DNA from: a virus
Lineage: Duplodnaviria > Caudoviricetes
IMG/VR virus record: IMGVR_UViG_3300043010_000145
Length of the DNA stretch: 64,000 nucleotides
Reading direction: 5' to 3' (one strand)
The position numbers and the translations under genes were made by a program. Positions within the stretch are counted from its first letter, which is position 1, and each line of letters begins with the position of its first letter. The notes under the pieces were generated by a model. The model ran no database searches. It worked only from the letters and a program-made list of their open reading frames with translations, and was not told the DNA's origin. Positions 10,137 to 18,968 of this stretch are shown here, piece by piece.

Positions 10137-10310
10137 GTGAAATATTCTGTAACTTATGCAGTAACGATTGATGTAGATGCAAATAGTTTAGAAGAAGCTG
10201 TATCTGCTGCTAATTTTGTCTTATATACTCAGCTTACTCCTAGTGAGTTTCTAACTTATTATTTAGCTTCCGTAGAAGATGCTAAGGGAAATTGTATTTA
10301 TGAAAGCTAG
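10137..10310 (+). CDS. DpnD/PcfM-like small protein, paralog 4
   Basis: GAGAGGTG RBS, GTG start; VDANSLEEAVSAA...VEDAKGN. Confidence 0.65.
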   Translation: MKYSVTYAVTIDVDANSLEEAVSAANFVLYTQLTPSEFLTYYLASVEDAKGNCIYES

Positions 10311-10478
10311 GCTTATACAGTTTATAAAATAACTTCTTGCATGAAATCTAGCTACTAATTTCTATTTATTCTCCACAAAAACTATTTTTAAAACTATTCT
10401 TAACAAAAATACTTGCAATATTCACATATTGCAAGTATAATTATATACAAAGATAATAGCAAAAGGAGATAGCAACAC

Positions 10479-11060
10479 ATGACAAACACAAAACCAACGA
10501 TTAAAGCTGAACGAACTGCCCTCTTGCACGAACTTAATCTTACCGAAGAAGAAATGAACCAAATCTGGAAAGATTGTGTTAAAAATTCTTACAAGTGCAG
10601 AGTAATCGCTGACACTGGCAGAGATTGGACAGACCTTGCCTTATCCGAAATTCGCAAGCTGCCTAACCTTGTAGAAGAAACAAAGAAATATCAGGCAGAG
10701 AAAGAACGGATTGCACGAGAAAAGCAAGAGCAGAAAGAAAAAGAAGAGCAAGAAAAAGAGTATTATAAGCACCATTTTGATGAGTTGATGCTGAAAAAGA
10801 TTGATTCCGAAGAAGAACTTACTTCTGATGAACTTTCCGAACTTGTATACGGGTATGATGTAGAAACAAATTATGATGACAACCGCCGTTGGACAAGAAC
10901 AGCACACACTATTGTAAAACTTGCAGATAGATATTTTGAAATCGAATGGGAAGAAGGCTTAACAGAATATCAAGAGAACGAATTCTTAGAGCAGCCTGTC
11001 GAAGTAGTAAAGCACGAATACCAGAAAACAATTACAGTTGTAGAATGGTTAGCAAAATAG
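10479..11060 (+). CDS. Phage-like acidic hypothetical protein (one KLADRYF domain)
   Basis: Promoter and AAGGAG RBS; C-terminal domain shared with 11518-12120. Confidence 0.8.
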   Translation: MTNTKPTIKAERTALLHELNLTEEEMNQIWKDCVKNSYKCRVIADTGRDWTDLALSEIRKLPNLVEETKKYQAEKERIAREKQEQKEKEEQEKEYYKHHFDELMLKKIDSEEELTSDELSELVYGYDVETNYDDNRRWTRTAHTIVKLADRYFEIEWEEGLTEYQENEFLEQPVEVVKHEYQKTITVVEWLAK

Positions 11061-11140
11061 CATAATATACAACTTATGCAACCTATACTCGCTTGAATAA
11101 TTCAGGCGGGTATTTTGTTTGCTTGCTATTTTATTCTATG

Positions 11141-11160
11141 TAGTTAGTAAATACTAACTA
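11141..11160. promoter_or_regulatory. Palindromic operator TAGTTAGTA-AA-TACTAACTA; variants at 12192, 13615, 13837
   Basis: Perfect or near-perfect inverted repeat 28 bp upstream of the -35 box of four sRNA cassettes. Confidence 0.65.
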
Positions 11161-11221
11161 GTTTTTTATAAAAATATTCATTTTATGCTTGCAATTCATT
11201 TATATAAGAGTATACTTATAG

Positions 11222-11371
11222 ATAGAAAGAAACAAGTAAATCTTCAACAAAGTAAAATTCAATCGTGTAATTATAATTTCAACAAACTACTTGTTTCTTT
11301 CCGTTTCATAATAATTTCCTTTCTAAAAAGCGAAAGAGCTGTGAATTCCCCACACGGCTCTTTCCTTTTTT
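11222..11371 (+). ncRNA. sRNA cassette copy A
   Basis: TTGCAA-16-TATACT; 14-bp stem GAAAGAAACAAGTA/TACTTGTTTCTTTC; CAT-6nt-TTCCTTTCT; terminator. Confidence 0.65.
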
Positions 11372-11517
11372 TATTTTGCTATTTTCCTTAATTGCTATTC
11401 ATTCTGCTATATTCTATACAATACTATTTTTAAAAAAAATTTCTATGTAACTATTGCAATATATTCTTATTTGGTGTATATTATATATGCAGATAGCGAT
11501 AGGCTATTAAGGAGGAT

Positions 11518-12120
11518 ATGAATATGACTAATACTGAATGGAACAATTTTGAGGAAATCAATCGCTGGAATCAGCACGAAGCGGATTTGCTTAAACAAAT
11601 TGATGCTCACGAGCAACTCACTGCTGCCGAATTATCTGAACTTGTAGAAGATTGCGGTATTGAAACAACTTATGAAGAAAACAATCATTTCTACCAAACA
11701 GCTTATACCACAATTAAATTGGCAGACAGATATTTCACAATTGAGTGGCAAGAAGCATTAAGCCATGTGAATGAGAATATTTTTGAAGAACAGCCTGTTG
11801 AAGTAAAGCAGTTTGATGAAATATACTGGAAAAACTTTGAAGGAATTGCCTTGCACAAGATTGATGCAAAGGAAGAACTGGAATCAATCGAATTGAGCGA
11901 ACTTGTTTCCTTGTACGAAGTAGACCGAAGCTATGAAACAGAAGGGCATTGGTCTAATACAATTCATTCCATTGTAAAACTTGCAGACAGATATTTCTTA
12001 ATTGAATGGGACGAAGATACAACAGAATGTGGTGAAGATGAATTTGTTGCTCAGCCTATTGAAGTTTTAAAAGAAGAAGTTCAGCAAACAATTACAGTTG
12101 TGAACTGGGTTGAAAAATAA
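11518..12120 (+). CDS. Phage-like acidic hypothetical protein (two tandem KLADRYF domains)
   Basis: AGGAGG RBS; internal duplication; paralog of 10479-11060. Confidence 0.8.
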   Translation: MNMTNTEWNNFEEINRWNQHEADLLKQIDAHEQLTAAELSELVEDCGIETTYEENNHFYQTAYTTIKLADRYFTIEWQEALSHVNENIFEEQPVEVKQFDEIYWKNFEGIALHKIDAKEELESIELSELVSLYEVDRSYETEGHWSNTIHSIVKLADRYFLIEWDEDTTECGEDEFVAQPIEVLKEEVQQTITVVNWVEK

Positions 12121-12272
12121 ATTAAATACAGCATATACTCGCTTGAACAACTCAGGCGGGTATTTTTATTTGCTTGCTTTTTTATTCTATTCAGTTAGTA
12201 AACACTAACTATTATTTGATTAAAATATTTATTTTATGCTTGCATTTCGTAAATATAGGAGTATACTTATAA

Positions 12273-12393
12273 TCAGAAAGAGGTACAGAAAACCTTATAA
12301 TAAAACCTTTTGCAAAAACTTCCCCTCTTTCTAATTTAGACATTATTTTTTCCTTTCTGAGAAGAAGCCGTGAATTCCCCACACGGCTTTTTC
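12273..12393 (+). ncRNA. sRNA cassette copy B
   Basis: TTGCAT-16-TATACT; AGAAAGAGG/CCTCTTTCT stem; CAT-6nt-TTCCTTTCT; terminator. Confidence 0.65.
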
Positions 12394-12460
12394 TTTGTCA
12401 AAATTTCTATATCTAATATCAGTAATTAAACAAATAGAAATATACGGAAAGGTGAAAATT

Positions 12461-13621
12461 ATGAACTACATCTCATTATTTAGCAGTGCTGGTGTTGGCT
12501 GCTATGGTTTTCAAAAAGAAAATTATGATTGCATAGCAACAGTGGAAATGTTACCAAGACGAATGGCAATACAACGATATAACAACAAATGTAAATACGA
12601 TACTGGATATATTTGTGGAGATATAACAAAGAAAGATATTCACAACCAAATATTCGAGCAAATTAAACTTTGGAATGAGCCAGTTGATGTCGTCATTGCC
12701 ACTCCGCCATGTCAAGGTATGTCCGTAGCGAATCTAAAAAAGAAAGCAGATAAGGAACTCATTCGTAATTCATTAGTAGTTGAAGCAATTAAGCTCATTA
12801 AATCTATTCAGCCAAAATTCTTTATTTTTGAGAATGTGCCAACTTTTTTGAAAACAATCTGTACGGACACAGACCATTTAGATAAACCAATAGGGCAAGC
12901 CATAGAAGAAAATCTTGCACAAGAATATATTTATGAAGCAAGAACACTAAATTTTGTAAATTATGGCAACAATTCCAGTAGAACGAGAACTCTTGTGATA
13001 GGAGTTTCTCGTTCATATTCTACAAAAATCAAGCCAGCATCATTGTTTCCACAAGAAACAAAGGCAAAGACCGTAAGAGAAGTAATCGGGTATTTGCCAG
13101 CATTACATACTTTTGAAGAAATATCTGCAACAGACATTTATCATTCTTTCCGACCTTATGCTCCACAAATGCGAGAATGGATTTCTTGTCTAAACGAAGG
13201 TGAATCTGCTTTCGATAATGAAGATGATTTAAAGAAACCGCATAAGGTTGTAGACGGGAAGATTGTAATACATCAGCAGAAAAGCCATGATAAATATAAG
13301 CGACAATTCTGGGATAAGCCAGCTTTTTGTGTACACACAAGAATGGATACCTTATCCAGCCAGAATACAATTCACCCACAAGACGATAGAGTTTTTAGTA
13401 TAAGAGAACTAATGCTTCTAATGACCATACCCGAAGATTTTAAATGGTGCGAGCAAAGTTTGGAAGAACTCAATGCTCTGCCAGTAGAAGAAAAGAAGAA
13501 ATATTTGCGAAAAGAAGCACCTACAATTCGTAAAGCAATAGGTGAAGCTGTGCCTACAAGTATATTTCAGCAGATAGCAAGAAATATAAAAGGACAATCT
13601 AGTCTGCTACTGAATAATTAG
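12461..13621 (+). CDS. dcm: C5-cytosine DNA methyltransferase, orphan
   Basis: YISLFSSAG (I), TPPCQG (IV), ENV (VI), IGEAVP (X); RBS before ATG 12461. Confidence 0.9.
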   Translation: MNYISLFSSAGVGCYGFQKENYDCIATVEMLPRRMAIQRYNNKCKYDTGYICGDITKKDIHNQIFEQIKLWNEPVDVVIATPPCQGMSVANLKKKADKELIRNSLVVEAIKLIKSIQPKFFIFENVPTFLKTICTDTDHLDKPIGQAIEENLAQEYIYEARTLNFVNYGNNSSRTRTLVIGVSRSYSTKIKPASLFPQETKAKTVREVIGYLPALHTFEEISATDIYHSFRPYAPQMREWISCLNEGESAFDNEDDLKKPHKVVDGKIVIHQQKSHDKYKRQFWDKPAFCVHTRMDTLSSQNTIHPQDDRVFSIRELMLLMTIPEDFKWCEQSLEELNALPVEEKKKYLRKEAPTIRKAIGEAVPTSIFQQIARNIKGQSSLLLNN

Positions 13622-13695
13622 TAAATACTAATTACTTTTATTCATAAATTTATATTTTGTGCTTGCAATTTATTTATATATGAGTATACTTATAG

Positions 13696-13815
13696 ATAGA
13701 AAGAAGCTAGAGAAAACCTATTAAATACAACAAACTATAATATTCGCTTCTTTCCATTTAAATTACGTCATTGATTTTCAGAAAGAGCAGTGGTTGTTTA
13801 CCACTGTTTTTTCTT
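13696..13815 (+). ncRNA. sRNA cassette copy C
   Basis: Operator plus TTGCAA-16-TATACT; GAAAGAAGC/GCTTCTTTC stem; terminator; anti-SD degenerate. Confidence 0.55.
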
Positions 13816-13917
13816 TGTCTGTACTAGCCATTTTTGAAGTTAGTAAGTACTAACTATATTTCTACACAAATTTATATTTTATGCTTGCAATCTAAAACTA
13901 TAAGAGTATAATAATAA

Positions 13918-14046
13918 TCAGAAAGAGGGTTCACATCTAACGAGCTATGCAAAACAAAAACATTAAATAATTAAAAAGAACCCATCTTTCATGTATATTT
14001 CATTTTGTGTCCTTTCTGAAAACACCGTGCGACTGCACGGTGTTTT
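13918..14046 (+). ncRNA. sRNA cassette copy D
   Basis: Operator plus TTGCAA-16-TATAAT; GAAAGAGGGTTC/GAACCC(A)TCTTTC stem; CAT-6nt-TCCTTTCT; terminator AAAACACCGTGC/GCACGGTGTTTT. Confidence 0.65.
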
Positions 14047-14143
14047 CCATTTTCTCCTCCAATCCAAAAGATTTTCTGTTTCTATCATTATTTCTCAAAA
14101 ATATAGTATACTAATTATACACACAAGGAGGAAATTGCCCACT

Positions 14144-14551
14144 ATGGAAAATAACAACGAAGCATTACTTCACGAAGCAGAACTCGAAGCAGAAAAAGGC
14201 TTAAACGAGCAACTTCAACCTGAACCAGAAACTTTCACGGGTTTCCGTCCGGGAGCTTTCGATAACCCACCGCAACAGCCAATGCCACCACATCAGCCAC
14301 AGCCATTAGATGCAAAATTTGATGAGTTACACCGTAAACTTGATGCTTTTGAAGTGAAGCTGTCAGCCATGGAAGGTGAGGCTGCTAAAATTCACGAAGA
14401 CTTAGGTGTTATACGTGAAGAATTTGACAAACAAGATGAAGAATTATCCGTTCAGCACGATAAACTGAATTCTATCATTACTGTTGCAGTAATTGTTTTA
14501 CTTGCTACGGGATATATTGCGGGTATTCTTACTTCACAAGTTTTCTTTTAA
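14144..14551 (+). CDS. Coiled-coil protein with C-terminal TM anchor
   Basis: AAGGAGG RBS; heptad-like region; hydrophobic C-terminus. Confidence 0.75.
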   Translation: MENNNEALLHEAELEAEKGLNEQLQPEPETFTGFRPGAFDNPPQQPMPPHQPQPLDAKFDELHRKLDAFEVKLSAMEGEAAKIHEDLGVIREEFDKQDEELSVQHDKLNSIITVAVIVLLATGYIAGILTSQVFF

Positions 14552-14651
14552 TTTGTTTTACCAAGTCCTTGCCTAAGGACTTTTTATTTTGTCTGCTCTT
14601 TTCTCTTTTACTTGAAATCTGTATGTATTATAGAAAAGGAGTTTTTACAAA

Positions 14652-15545
14652 ATGATTGATTTAGACAAGTATTGGGAAAAACATATCAATTTTCTTTCTA
14701 ACTCTGCACATATAAATTTTTTAGCTAAAAACAAAGATTCCAGTTCTGCACCATTTAATCAGATTTTCTATAAACACGGTTTTGATGTTTCTGTTTATGC
14801 TCAAATCTTCTGGAACTATGCTAATACCACAGACAAGAATTTTCTTGAACTATTTCCAAATAAAACGGAAGAAGATATTCAAAGATTGCTTGTTGCTCTT
14901 TCGTACTTGCACGATATAGGGAAACTGGCAGAAAGCAACCAACAACTCATTTGCAACAACAAGGTAACACCTACACACCCATTTGCAAGTGTTGTTGTTC
15001 TTTCTAATCTTTCCAACATTTCTACACAAGAATTATCTGCAACCAACCTACCAAGCTGGCTTGAACTTATCTATATGCACCACGGCTGGCTGTCCGAAAA
15101 GTTTGAAGCAAGTTTGTCTGCTTATAGCCACTCTGACAAAATTTCTAACCTATTTGCTCTAAGCAAAGAAGCGGTAGAATATATTCGTACTTATTACCGA
15201 ACTTATATTGAAGATTTGCAGAATTTAGCACAAGACTTGGATTTATGGCAAGAACTTGTACTTCTTAATATTTTAATTCTCGCAGACAATATTGCTTCTA
15301 ATCTGGAACAATACAAACTTCCGACAGAGTTCCAATCCGCCACAGATTATCAGACATATCTGCAACAGCAACCAGATTATAATTTCTATGATTTTGCCTA
15401 TGTCTATCGGGTATTACACAACAGTATGGAGCAAGATACTCGTTCCATTATGCAATATTGCAAAGACAATGATATTACAAAGCTGGAAACATTGAGGAAG
15501 CTAGGGTATCAGTTTTGTGCAAAAGAGCTTGAATTAGCATTATAA
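14652..15545 (+). CDS. Stand-alone HD-domain protein, Cas3''-like
   Basis: H...LHDIGK...H...MHHG...LADNIAS motif order. Confidence 0.75.
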   Translation: MIDLDKYWEKHINFLSNSAHINFLAKNKDSSSAPFNQIFYKHGFDVSVYAQIFWNYANTTDKNFLELFPNKTEEDIQRLLVALSYLHDIGKLAESNQQLICNNKVTPTHPFASVVVLSNLSNISTQELSATNLPSWLELIYMHHGWLSEKFEASLSAYSHSDKISNLFALSKEAVEYIRTYYRTYIEDLQNLAQDLDLWQELVLLNILILADNIASNLEQYKLPTEFQSATDYQTYLQQQPDYNFYDFAYVYRVLHNSMEQDTRSIMQYCKDNDITKLETLRKLGYQFCAKELELAL

Positions 15546-15711
15546 AAGCAGAAAGAGTTTTCTTTCTGCTTTTCTTTTCGCTTAGCAGAAGCAAGCCTCC
15601 TCATACTTCGGAAACCTTGCTTCTGCCTGATATTAGTTATTTCTTATATTAAACTAAGGCACGAGACCTCGCTTTCTTTCATTCCATTCAAGAAACCGGA
15701 CTTCGTGCCTT

Positions 15712-15950
15712 GTCTTGCACCAGTTTTTATCTAACCGTAGTTTTTGTCTTGCCCTAGTTTTCATCTAACCGCAGTTTTTGTCTTGCCCTAGTTTTCATCT
15801 AACCGCAGTTTTTGTCTTGCCCTAGTTTTCATCTAACCGCAGTTTTTGTCTAGCCGTAGTAATTGTCTAGCCGTAGCTTTTATCTAGCCACAGTAATTGT
15901 CTAGCCATAGCTCCCGCATAGCCTCACCATTTTCTTGCCCTAGTTTCTTT
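15712..15950. repeat. 17/34-bp tandem repeats
   Basis: AGTTTTCATCTAACCGC-AGTTTTTGTCTTGCCCT about 3.5 copies, then degenerate TCTAGCC(G/A)TAG 17-mers. Confidence 0.9.
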
Positions 15951-16041
15951 TCAGCCACATTTCCATTTTGCCCGCTGACATTTTGCCCAATATTTAGCAA
16001 AAAACAATATGATTTGTGTAAAACTTAGAAAGGAGAACATC

Positions 16042-17124
16042 ATGAATGAAAAACTTTTCCAAGAACTCTATGCCCAAAGCCAAAGCAGTCAGCACAAAGA
16101 ATATCTTGCCAAAACATCGAGCCTTGCACCATTAGAAAGCAATGGGTACTTCTTTACTCATGCCATGGACTCAGCCATATTTGCAGATATGTTTGTCGAA
16201 GAATTTATTGCCCAATGTAAGCATTACCCAGACCTTCTTGCTTTCATTAAGGCAAATGTCAATCTTGAAGAAATTGTTGTCAGCTATGCAAAACTGCACG
16301 ACTTAGGAAAGTTAGAGAAAAAACTTCAAGCTATGTTTAAAGATAATAATAAAACAGATTCGCTTGATTCACATTCTTTTGGTTCAGCAGTTATCTGCAA
16401 CAATATTCTAAACCACAAACCAATAACACAGTTTGAATTAGAAAAATTAGAAACTTTGCCCGCATTTATTGATATTTTGAGTCTGCATCACCTACAACTT
16501 GTAGATACTTATATTACTAGAATGAGAAATTATGAAATTAATCTAGGTTCAAAAGAACCTAACCACTACATTACCAAAGAAACCGTAAAGTATCTGCAAA
16601 CCTATTTTGCCCGAGATATAGAGAATATGCGAGGGCAAGACAAATCTATTCCGCTTGTTGTTCGTATGCTTGTGTTGAATTTAGTAAAAATGGCCGATGA
16701 TTTAGCCTCGAATAAAGAAAGGTACACAGAGCAGCCGTTCAATTCAGCCAAAGTGTATGCCACTTATTATGATAAACACAAGTATGAATATGGCTATACC
16801 AATATGGCTCATACTTATAATTTGTTGTACCAATCATTAGGCAATAGGCAAGAGAGCATTTTGTATTATTGCAAGCGAAACAACATTAAAGACTTAATTC
16901 CAAAGCGAAAGCTAGGGTATGCATTTGTTCTTAGTGAAGCACAGAGCTTAATCAACTTACGGTATCAGCAAGAGAAAGATAAACAGCAGTACTTAGCGAC
17001 AATCAGCAAACAAGCTGGGACAATACAGATATTACAGAAGTATAAGCAAGATTTAGAGCAAGAGAATGCTCAGCTTAAAGCACAATTGCCTAAGCCAAAG
17101 AAGAAAAGATTCTTTTGGTTCTAA
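16042..17124 (+). CDS. Stand-alone HD-domain protein, Cas3''-like, with coiled-coil tail
   Basis: H...LHDLGK...H...LHH...MADDLAS; paralog of 14652; ends KKKRFFWF. Confidence 0.75.
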   Translation: MNEKLFQELYAQSQSSQHKEYLAKTSSLAPLESNGYFFTHAMDSAIFADMFVEEFIAQCKHYPDLLAFIKANVNLEEIVVSYAKLHDLGKLEKKLQAMFKDNNKTDSLDSHSFGSAVICNNILNHKPITQFELEKLETLPAFIDILSLHHLQLVDTYITRMRNYEINLGSKEPNHYITKETVKYLQTYFARDIENMRGQDKSIPLVVRMLVLNLVKMADDLASNKERYTEQPFNSAKVYATYYDKHKYEYGYTNMAHTYNLLYQSLGNRQESILYYCKRNNIKDLIPKRKLGYAFVLSEAQSLINLRYQQEKDKQQYLATISKQAGTIQILQKYKQDLEQENAQLKAQLPKPKKKRFFWF

Positions 17125-17749
17125 TCCGAAGCAAGATGAACTACATCTTGCTTTTCTTTTGCTCTAACATTCTGATTTCATAGGGTATTTTTCGTTCTAA
17201 AACCTCGGAAACTGTACTCTCCGTCTTGTTGTAAATAGCTAAAATAGAACGAAATCAAGCCATTTTAGAAGTATTATAAACATATTTAACACCATATTAG
17301 AAAAGAATTAAGCCAAATAAGAAAAGAACTCAAAAAAAGAAAGCAAAAATAATTGCAGACTTTTTGTTTTTCATTATCACATTAGACATAGAACAAAATC
17401 AAAATAGAAAGAATTTTTCTTCTCTCTTTCAGAAAATTTCTTTCATATTTAGCTAATGAAACATATTGTTTTCATAATTATAAAAATACATAAAAATTTT
17501 GTAATTTTTGCTTGCAAATGAGTTCAAATTTGATAAAATATACTTGTCTCATGGCAAAGCAGAGACCTCAAACAAATTCCAATTGGTACTCTCTCCTACA
17601 ACCTTTAGAATTTGACCTCACATTTGTCATGGAAAAGCTGTTTTAGGTAAAAAATTTGGGAACTATATCTGAAACTAGCAAAATCTGAAACTAGCAAAGG
17701 ACAAAGGCGAACAGTTACCTCCTGTTCGCCTTTTTTAATTTTGCTCTAT

Positions 17750-18124
17750 TCACTTTTTAAAAGTATAAACTACACCGTCATAATACACGATAGCATAGCC
17801 ATTTCTTTCACCCGAACATTGTCTGCCGTTAGTACATCTGTTAACCATTTGTCTTGTTGTCTTGTCTAATGTGAACTTACTTGTAAACTCTTTCCAAAAC
17901 TCTTGACTTCGTTCGGATTCTGCAACAGTTTCTACACTCCAAAGCGGCAAGCTTTCCTTAAATTGAACCATATCTTGAATTGTGCTGTCTGCCTGAGCAT
18001 AAAAAGATTGTTCCGCTTCTTGCTGTTCTGCCGTTTTATCTTCGTAGAACTCAAATGTTTCTGTTAATGAATTTTCTTGCATGGTAATCATAACCTCCAA
18101 TTCATAAAGATATATCTTTTTCAA
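17750..18124 (-). CDS. Hypothetical protein
   Basis: 124-aa ORF followed by a hairpin terminator. Confidence 0.55.
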   Translation of the reverse strand: MKKIYLYELEVMITMQENSLTETFEFYEDKTAEQQEAEQSFYAQADSTIQDMVQFKESLPLWSVETVAESERSQEFWKEFTSKFTLDKTTRQMVNRCTNGRQCSGERNGYAIVYYDGVVYTFKK

Positions 18125-18350
18125 GATTATTTCGTTTCAACACCCTCAGTTTTCTATGTTGTATCTTCTTTATTTTACTATATCTTTTAAATTTTGCATT
18201 CCCTACTCGCCAGAACTCCTTTATTGATATCAGCCTAACAGTTTGCTCTTAGCTTCTTTTATCCTTTGCTACACTAACTATTTTTCCTCTCTTTTAACAT
18301 ACATTTAATATAAAAAGGTATAGCATTTGCTTATAATAGGAGGTAAAAAT

Positions 18351-18968
18351 ATGAGCAAGAGATACTATTTAGGTGTCTTGTCTGCGGGACTATTGGCAGT
18401 AAGTCTCGGCATAACAGGCAGCCTTGCTTTTAGAACTACGACCAATTCCAAAGAGAATGTATTTCTTATCGGAGATGATTTTGGCACGGGTGATACAAGC
18501 AAGATTACTCTTACTGAACCAAGCTGGAAAGACAGCTCGGCAAATGGTGTGATTGCCAGTCAGAGTATAAAAAAAGACCCAACTGTAACCAACAATTCAG
18601 ACATTCCAGTCTATGCCTTTCTTGTTGTGGAAGAGCCTTTAATTACTTTGAATTCACAATCAACAACTTTATTCAATTATACTTTAAATGACGGTTGGGT
18701 AAAACTATCCAGCTACCAAATTCCAGACATGAAGACAACGGTATATGCTTATGCCAAGGATTCAGCTATGACCGTTCTTGCACCAACGGAAAGTGCTACA
18801 CTCTTTAATAAGATTGTAGCAGCCAGTTCTTTTGGTACAGAAACACAAGTGGCTGGAACAGAGCAGACTTTCACCGTTCGAGCTTATGTCATTCAGTCGC
18901 AAGGATTGAAAAGCACCAATCCTTATGATGTATGGGATATTGTAGAAGAACAAGGAGAAACAGCATGA
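18351..18968 (+). CDS. SipW-class signal peptide protein (TasA/pilin-like), copy 1
   Basis: GITGSLAF signal; LTEPSW...KKDPTVTN motif; AGGAGG RBS. Confidence 0.75.
   Translation: MSKRYYLGVLSAGLLAVSLGITGSLAFRTTTNSKENVFLIGDDFGTGDTSKITLTEPSWKDSSANGVIASQSIKKDPTVTNNSDIPVYAFLVVEEPLITLNSQSTTLFNYTLNDGWVKLSSYQIPDMKTTVYAYAKDSAMTVLAPTESATLFNKIVAASSFGTETQVAGTEQTFTVRAYVIQSQGLKSTNPYDVWDIVEEQGETA

Noticed and set aside
11222-14046. Minus-strand micro-ORFs inside the sRNA cassettes as type I toxins
   Set aside because: Lengths of 12, 43 and 4 aa, unconserved, no TM helix
15712-15950. Tandem repeats here and at 47820-48160 as CRISPR arrays
   Set aside because: No unique spacers between units
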